Shown: in pieces, positions 56,133-64,000 of the stretch
How the letters are laid out: each line of letters starts with the position of its first letter
Position numbering within the stretch: position 1 is the first letter of the stretch
Assembly: GCA_964016885.1 (NCBI GenBank)
Contig: OZ024740.1
Coordinates: forward strand, 226,176,001-226,240,000
Source: Eledone cirrhosa
Lineage: Eukaryota
Direction: 5' to 3'
Length of the DNA: 64,000 nt
Translations under genes and position numbers: made by a program
The notes under the pieces: model-generated
What the model saw: only the letters and a program-made list of their open reading frames with translations
Told to the model about the DNA's origin: nothing
The model's database searches: none

Positions 56133-56716
56133 TATTACTGAGGACCTATTTAGTTTTTATAGAGAATATTAGGAGGAAGGGGTGAAGTTGTTAGAAGAAT
56201 AGTTGAAGGAGTGGTTTTTCGATAGCAGTGAGAATTCTTGGTGGCAGTGAGTAATTAGATTCCCATCTGTTGTTTTGACATTTTTTATAGAATATATTAT
56301 TGGTTATTTTTCTAAATCTATAGAAGGATTAGAGATAGTAAAGATATGCGTGGTTGGTTTTGTGTTTGCACTTAACATTCAGACTTAAATTTTTCTTTCA
56401 AGTGTACGTATTCTTTCACCCACGCATTCACACACAAATATATTTGCACACCTCTACAAAATACATATACTCACAATTCACATATTCATACTTACATATA
56501 TATACACATGCATACACATATATATACACACATGTATTCATGTACATACATACGCGCTCATGTGTATACATTTTCATACTCAACTTATCTTTATATATAC
56601 ACACGTATAGACACACACATATATACATACATACTCTAGTCCATGTGTACACACATACACATACATACACATCCATATACACATACATACATACATATAT
56701 ATATATACATATATAC

Positions 56717-56755
<39 letters not shown>

Positions 56756-56762
56756 CACATAC

Positions 56763-56813
<51 letters not shown>

Positions 56814-57082
56814 AGCACTTTAATACATGAATACACTTACATCTAACTATACACATCAAACATATATATATATTTACTTATTTATATACATTTTCACATA
56901 TATATACATACTTATGGATGTTTTTAGACACATTCATTATCGCATATTTGTACCTATTCTCATCAGCATATCTTTTCATTATTAGTATGGTAATTTAAGG
57001 TTATTAATATATGTTGAGAAGAAATTGTTTTTATATTTTTCTAACTAGATTAAGGTTTATATAGTTGGGGGATGTCCCTCTT

Positions 57083-58001
57083 TTATGTAATATTCGGCTT
57101 GTAGTGGGAAAAAAGGGTTTTAGTTCTGTGACGGCAGAATAATGTTCGTTCAATTCTGTTATTCAGCAGTTTCTTCTTGTGTGTGATTATGTAATAAATC
57201 TCAAGATTACACAATTTGCAGAAATTTTGGCTCCTGGAAAAGCTTTGGGTTTTAGCTAATTTTTCCCATTTTAGGGTAAACTTTTGATTGCTATCCCTGA
57301 GCGTCCAAGCTTTCTCTGCTAAAGTTGTTACATTTCTTTGGCTCTGGTGTTTTATTGAGTAAGAATGCCTATACAATCGAGATTTAAACGATGTTGCCGT
57401 TGATCCCACGTAATACCACTCGTTGCCTCCGGATTTAATGGTACACTTATAAATAATATTTTTTTCCAGGCAGTTATTGCCGAGGGGGCAGTTGTCAGGA
57501 TAGGTGCAGTTACAGTTGTGTACGTTGGGTTTTCTCTGGAGTAGTATTGCGGACGAACTTAGGTGTGGTTTATTTATGTTCTGTAGTGTATTGTCTACTG
57601 TTTTTTGGGGGTTCTTTGTACTTAAGTTCTTAGTGTTTTCGTTTAACCTTCTAGTATTGATCTTTTTTATGTGTTGTTCAAGGTTTAACGCTGTAGAGTA
57701 TGACAGTCTTATAGTGGTAGGGTTTAGGATTTTGTGGTATTTGTGTGATGTGGGAAAATGTCTTTTAATTATTTTAAAGAAGAGTACTGGTAAATTTGTA
57801 CTAATGGAGCTATTGTATTCGGGGTTATACCATAAGTACTCTTTGCATCGCTTTCTATTAGTTTTGTTTGTTGGTTTACTGGTGTGCATACTATGGTAGT
57901 AAGTGTGGTTTGGTGTTGTGTTATTATATCTACCTATGTGGGATTTATTTTGGGTGTTTTGATTGTTCCCATCTATGTACTCTATTTTGTTGAGGTAGCC
58001 T
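57083..58001 (-). pseudogene. Inverted duplicate of the GIY-YIG-coding 3' part of the Penelope-like ORF
   Basis: The 268-aa ORF 57083-57889 is identical to the C-terminus of 57884-59953. Confidence 0.9.
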
Positions 58002-59953
58002 CAAACCTGTACACTATGGATTGCACTACATACAACAACTTCATTCGAAAAGAATTACATAAAAAATATAGAAAAACGAGTGAAGTAACCCTTAAGCACA
58101 TCAATGATGAGGCATGCGAAATAGTGAAAAATCTCGGAATCGAAGATAGGACAGGACCACTCTTACCGGCGGTACCCACTTTCAATCTTAAGGACCACAA
58201 GGTAAACTTTGATAATGACCCTAAAATTAGATTAATCTGCCCCTCTAAATCAGATATAGGTAAAATAAGCAAATATATCTTAGATAGAATCATCCCCCAA
58301 ATTAAGGCTAAGGTTAACATTAAACTCTGGGGGAAGACCCAAGAAGCAATAAGATGGTTTAATAGCATTAGCAATAAGAATAAATCTAAGTTTATCCAGT
58401 TTGATATCGATGAATATTACTCATCGATATCACCTGAAACTTTGAATAGAGCCATTAAGTTTGCTAAGGATAACTCCGACCTTACAAACGATGAAATTAA
58501 GATTATATTAGAAGCTAGGAAAACTATAGTCAAATTTGAGAACAGTTATTGGGTACGTAAAGATAGACCCTCTAACTTTGACATAACAATGGGCTCTAAC
58601 GATTCGGCGGAAATAACTGATATTGTGGGGTTATTTATCGCCTTTAGACTCCAGGAAAAATTCAGCAATCTCCACGGCGGAATATACCGCGACGATGTTC
58701 TCCTCCTAGCTAAAAACCTTAATAACCAAAAACTAGAAAAACTACGCAAAGATATAAGAAAACTACTACTCGAAATAGGACTAACTATAACATATGAATA
58801 CAACCTTAAAGTAGTTAACTTCCTGGATGTCACACTCAATTTAAACTCTGGTTTGATTAAACCGTTTCATAAATTGAATGAAAATCTCAAATACGTAAAT
58901 GTTGGGTCTAACCACCCCATCTCTATAATTAAATCTATCCCTAAAAATATTTCCCTTAGAATCTCGGGTCTATCTTCTAACATACAAGTATTTAAGGAAC
59001 ACGCCGAGTACTACGATAACGCCCTTAGTAAAGCAGGCTACCTCAACAAAATAGAGTACATAGATGGGAACAATCAAAACACCCAAAATAAATCCCACAT
59101 AGGTAGATATAATAACACAACACCAAACCACACTTACTACCATAGTATGCACACCAGTAAACCAACAAACAAAACTAATAGAAAGCGATGCAAAGAGTAC
59201 TTATGGTATAACCCCGAATACAATAGCTCCATTAGTACAAATTTACCAGTACTCTTCTTTAAAATAATTAAAAGACATTTTCCCACATCACACAAATACC
59301 ACAAAATCCTAAACCCTACCACTATAAGACTGTCATACTCTACAGCGTTAAACCTTGAACAACACATAAAAAAGATCAATACTAGAAGGTTAAACGAAAA
59401 CACTAAGAACTTAAGTACAAAGAACCCCCAAAAAACAGTAGACAATACACTACAGAACATAAATAAACCACACCTAAGTTCGTCCGCAATACTACTCCAG
59501 AGAAAACCCAACGTACACAACTGTAACTGCACCTATCCTGACAACTGCCCCCTCGGCAATAACTGCCTGGAAAAAAATATTATTTATAAGTGTACCATTA
59601 AATCCGGAGGCAACGAGTGGTATTACGTGGGATCAACGGCAACATCGTTTAAATCTCGATTGTATAGGCATTCTTACTCAATAAAACACCAGAGCCAAAG
59701 AAATGTAACAACTTTAGCAGAGAAAGCTTGGACGCTCAGGGATAGCAATCAAAAGTTTACCCTAAAATGGGAAAAATTAGCTAAAACCCAAAGCTTTTCC
59801 AGGAGCCAAAATTTCTGCAAATTGTGTAATCTTGAGATTTATTACATAATCACACACAAGAAGAAACTGCTGAATAACAGAATTGAACGAACATTATTCT
59901 GCCGTCACAGAACTAAAACCCTTTTTTCCCACTACAAGCCGAATATTACATAA
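57884..59953 (+). CDS. Penelope-like RT + GIY-YIG endonuclease; element-derived part starts at about 58002, first ~39 aa are antisense read-through from the inverted arm
   Basis: FDIDEYYSSI, TMGS, IYRDD, NFLDVTL; CNC..CPL..C linker; IIY..YVG..R..H; CKLC..E..CRH; uninterrupted. Confidence 0.9.
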   Translation: MHTMVVSVVWCCVIISTYVGFILGVLIVPIYVLYFVEVASNLYTMDCTTYNNFIRKELHKKYRKTSEVTLKHINDEACEIVKNLGIEDRTGPLLPAVPTFNLKDHKVNFDNDPKIRLICPSKSDIGKISKYILDRIIPQIKAKVNIKLWGKTQEAIRWFNSISNKNKSKFIQFDIDEYYSSISPETLNRAIKFAKDNSDLTNDEIKIILEARKTIVKFENSYWVRKDRPSNFDITMGSNDSAEITDIVGLFIAFRLQEKFSNLHGGIYRDDVLLLAKNLNNQKLEKLRKDIRKLLLEIGLTITYEYNLKVVNFLDVTLNLNSGLIKPFHKLNENLKYVNVGSNHPISIIKSIPKNISLRISGLSSNIQVFKEHAEYYDNALSKAGYLNKIEYIDGNNQNTQNKSHIGRYNNTTPNHTYYHSMHTSKPTNKTNRKRCKEYLWYNPEYNSSISTNLPVLFFKIIKRHFPTSHKYHKILNPTTIRLSYSTALNLEQHIKKINTRRLNENTKNLSTKNPQKTVDNTLQNINKPHLSSSAILLQRKPNVHNCNCTYPDNCPLGNNCLEKNIIYKCTIKSGGNEWYYVGSTATSFKSRLYRHSYSIKHQSQRNVTTLAEKAWTLRDSNQKFTLKWEKLAKTQSFSRSQNFCKLCNLEIYYIITHKKKLLNNRIERTLFCRHRTKTLFSHYKPNIT

Positions 59954-60222
59954 AAGAGGGACATCCCCCAACTATATAAACCTTAATCTAGTTAGAAAAA
60001 TATAAAAACAATTTCTTCTCAACATATATTAATAACCTTAAATTACCATACTAATAATGAAAAGATATGCTGATGAGAATAGGTACAAATATGCGATAAT
60101 GAATGTGTCTAAAAACATCCATAAGTATGTATATATATGTGAAAATGTATATAAATAAGTAAATATATATATATGTTTGATGTGTATAGTTAGATGTAAG
60201 TGTATTCATGTATTAAAGTGCT

Positions 60223-60257
<35 letters not shown>

Positions 60258-60280
60258 ATATGTGTGTATATATGTATGTG

Positions 60281-60319
<39 letters not shown>

Positions 60320-60903
60320 GTATATATGTATATATATATATGTATGTATGTATGTGTATATGGATGTGTATGTATGTGTATGTGTGTACACATGGACTAG
60401 AGTATGTATGTATATATGTGTGTGTCTATACGTGTGTATATATAAAGATAAGTTGAGTATGAAAATGTATACACATGAGCGCGTATGTATGTACATGAAT
60501 ACATGTGTGTATATATATGTGTATGCATGTGTATATATATGTAAGTATGAATATGTGAATTGTGAGTATATGTATTTTGTAGAGGTGTGCAAATATATTT
60601 GTGTGTGAATGCGTGGGTGAAAGAATACGTACACTTGAAAGAAAAATTTAAGTCTGAATGTTAAGTGCAAACACAAAACCAACCACGCATATCTTTACTA
60701 TCTCTAATCCTTCTATAGATTTAGAAAAATAACCAATAATATATTCTATAAAAAATGTCAAAACAACAGATGGGAATCTAATTACTCACTGCCACCAAGA
60801 ATTCTCACTGCTATCGAAAAACCACTCCTTCAACTATTCTTCTAACAACTTCACCCCTTCCTCCTAATATTCTCTATAAAAACTAAATAGGTCCTCAGTA
60901 ATA

Positions 60904-61020
60904 TTATTCTGATGAAATGACAGTAAATAATAACATTGAAATATTGAATGTCTGCATAACTAAAAGTTTGTAGATAGCTGTTTTAGGTTATGTAACTGTT
61001 ATAGAAACACGTGTCAATAA
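60904..61020 (+). ncRNA. Type I hammerhead ribozyme in the Penelope 3' region, with enlarged stem II
   Basis: TTATT-CTGATGA-a.ATGACAGT..70 nt..ACTGTTAT.a-GAAA-CACGTG-TC|AATAA; palindromic stem III ACACGTGT; predicted cleavage after 61015. Confidence 0.75.
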
Positions 61021-61167
61021 ATTCCTTTCAACTAAACTGTATCCATTCAAATCTTTCTATTTTTCTCCGGATTACTTTTGGAACTACAACTGGAACCGTC
61101 GAGCAAACTCTACGTGAGCTGATAATCTACTGTGTGTAATATTTATATTACAACACAACGGAAAATA

Positions 61168-61737
<570 letters not shown>

Positions 61738-61749
61738 ATATATATATAT

Positions 61750-62150
61750 AAATGGAATAGAATGAAACGAAATTTCATTTCTCACTCTTAGTACGGCACT
61801 TACTTAAATGTAAGTATGTATGTATACGTACATACATATATATATATATACATACAGGCACACATATATATATGTACGTATCAGTTTACCGAACATTTAT
61901 TATAATGCTCGCTTTGTTCATTTGTAAACAAACGGACAGCCTGATTTACGCCGTACAGTGTTCAGGCAAACACGTCACCTTTTTGTTCAACACTGACACA
62001 GGAACGATGTACTAGTTTCAATTTTGTTAGCTATCGTCAGCACCGTATACCTTTCTGCCAGATGGTTGTCCGTTTGTTTACAAACAAACAAAGCGAGCAT
62101 TATAATAAATGTTCAGTAAACTGATACGTACATATATATATGTGTGCCTG

Positions 62151-62215
<65 letters not shown>

Positions 62216-62267
62216 GCTACTGTACGTCTATATACATATATGTATGTACGTATACATACATACTTAC

Positions 62268-62271
<4 letters not shown>
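61750..62271 (-). mobile_element. Diverged relative of the 424-nt retrozyme-like family, with an inverted arm
   Basis: Similar to 53316-53560 and the reverse complement of 53940-54020; about 61804-61941 is inverted relative to about 62064-62271. Confidence 0.8.
62004..62046 (-). ncRNA. Type I hammerhead, core intact, stem II disrupted
   Basis: ACGGTG-CTGACGA-tagctaacaaaatt-GAAA-CTAG-TA|CATCGT. Confidence 0.65.
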
Positions 62272-62345
<74 letters not shown>

Positions 62346-62503
62346 TTGGAATAAATGCTCTGAAATAGCGATATATATGTGAATATAGACATAGAATATT
62401 CGAAAATATTCTGTATGTTTATAATAAACATTTTGAAGACCTAATCGCTATAGAATAGAATACGTCACGTATTACAATTAGATTCTCGATAAAAGCAAGG
62501 GAA

Positions 62504-62546
62504 GTAATCTACGCGTTTCATTCTTGTTAGAAATCATCAGGACTAC
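62504..62546 (-). ncRNA. Minimal type I hammerhead ribozyme, unit 1
   Basis: GTAGTC-CTGATGA-t.ttct.aaca.agaa.t-GAAA-CGCG-TA|GATTAC; palindromic stem III ACGCGT; predicted cleavage between 62510 and 62509. Confidence 0.88.
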
Positions 62547-62813
62547 ATATCCAGTGCTTTTATCGAGAATGACACAGCTAGAGACTTATAGAATACTTAG
62601 CTGTGTACAGGAACTGGTTTGAAAGAGCGGTTGCCGGTCCGGCAGAAATTAGAAATTGGAATAAATGCTCTGAAATAGCGATATATATGTGAATATAGAC
62701 ATAGAATATTCGAAAATATTCTGTATGTTTATAATAAACATTTTGAAGACCTAATCGCTATAGAATAGAATACGTCACGTATTACAATTAGATTCTCGAT
62801 AAAAGCAAGGGAA

Positions 62814-62856
62814 GTAATCTACGCGTTTCATTCTTGTTAGAAATCATCAGGACTAC
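62814..62856 (-). ncRNA. Hammerhead ribozyme, unit 2
   Basis: Same sequence as unit 1, +310. Confidence 0.88.
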
Positions 62857-63123
62857 ATATCCAGTGCTTTTATCGAGAATGACACAGCTAGAGACTTATA
62901 GAATACTTAGCTGTGTACAGGAACTGGTTTGAAAGAGCGGTTGCCGGTCCGGCAGAAATTAGAAATTGGAATAAATGCTCTGAAATAGCGATATATATGT
63001 GAATATAGACATAGAATATTCGAAAATATTCTGTATGTTTATAATAAACATTTTGAAGACCTAATCGCTATAGAATAGAATACGTCACGTATTACAATTA
63101 GATTCTCGATAAAAGCAAGGGAA

Positions 63124-63166
63124 GTAATCTACGCGTTTCATTCTTGTTAGAAATCATCAGGACTAC
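63124..63166 (-). ncRNA. Hammerhead ribozyme, unit 3
   Basis: Same sequence as unit 1, +620. Confidence 0.88.
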
Positions 63167-63433
63167 ATATCCAGTGCTTTTATCGAGAATGACACAGCTA
63201 GAGACTTATAGAATACTTAGCTGTGTACAGGAACTGGTTTGAAAGAGCGGTTGCCGGTCCGGCAGAAATTAGAAATTGGAATAAATGCTCTGAAATAGCG
63301 ATATATATGTGAATATAGACATAGAATATTCGAAAATATTCTGTATGTTTATAATAAACATTTTGAAGACCTAATCGCTATAGAATAGAATACGTCACGT
63401 ATTACAATTAGATTCTCGATAAAAGCAAGGGAA

Positions 63434-63476
63434 GTAATCTACGCGTTTCATTCTTGTTAGAAATCATCAGGACTAC
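63434..63476 (-). ncRNA. Hammerhead ribozyme, unit 4
   Basis: Same sequence as unit 1, +930. Confidence 0.88.
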
Positions 63477-63743
63477 ATATCCAGTGCTTTTATCGAGAAT
63501 GACACAGCTAGAGACTTATAGAATACTTAGCTGTGTACAGGAACTGGTTTGAAAGAGCGGTTGCCGGTCCGGCAGAAATTAGAAATTGGAATAAATGCTC
63601 TGAAATAGCGATATATATGTGAATATAGACATAGAATATTCGAAAATATTCTGTATGTTTATAATAAACATTTTGAAGACCTAATCGCTATAGAATAGAA
63701 TACGTCACGTATTACAATTAGATTCTCGATAAAAGCAAGGGAA

Positions 63744-63786
63744 GTAATCTACGCGTTTCATTCTTGTTAGAAATCATCAGGACTAC
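63744..63786 (-). ncRNA. Hammerhead ribozyme, unit 5
   Basis: Same sequence as unit 1, +1240. Confidence 0.88.
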
Positions 63787-64000
63787 ATATCCAGTGCTTT
63801 TATCGAGAATGACACAGCTAGAGACTTATAGAATACTTAGCTGTGTACAGGAACTGGTTTGAAAGAGCGGTTGCCGGTCCGGCAGAAATTAGAAATTGGA
63901 ATAAATGCTCTGAAATAGCGATATATATGTGAATATAGACATAGAATATTCGAAAATATTCTGTATGTTTATAATAAACATTTTGAAGACCTAATCGCTA

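Larger units (their letters stand above)
62339..64000 (-). mobile_element. Tandem array of a 310-bp hammerhead-containing unit (non-LTR retrozyme-like); at least 5.3 copies, runs off the window
   Basis: agaaattgga at 62341, 62651, 62961, 63271, 63581, 63891; units appear identical; no ORF. Confidence 0.92.

Noticed and set aside
60064-60120. Second CTGATGA in the Penelope 3' UTR
   Set aside because: No paired stem II or GAAA at a suitable distance
62339-64000. CRISPR array or ordinary satellite
   Set aside because: No variable spacers; eukaryotic context; each unit contains a full ribozyme core

Overview
AT-rich, microsatellite-dense, repeat-saturated eukaryotic DNA with no convincing host gene. 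The SINE/LINE repertoire (tRNA-head SINEs with RTE tails, Nin-domain SINEs, RTE LINEs) suggests an octopus/cephalopod genome (inference). Recognisable transposons: a near full-length Tx1/L1-type LINE with an intact ORF2 (42540-48333, minus), two decayed RTE LINEs, mariner/Tc1 relics, MITEs, and a young Penelope-like element (RT + GIY-YIG) with a 2026-bp near-perfect inverted arm (55976-61060). The main signal is non-coding: the window holds several minimal type I hammerhead ribozymes (CUGANGA..GAAA..UH, palindromic stem III). They occur in a homogeneous 310-bp tandem array (62339-64000, one per unit), in a 424-nt partial-tandem plus inverted element and its relative, in two short fold-back elements, and in the Penelope 3' region. 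Nearly all abut (TA)n tracts. This looks like several retrozyme families (putative circular RNAs) beside a plausible autonomous Penelope-like mobiliser. All folds and alignments were done by eye.
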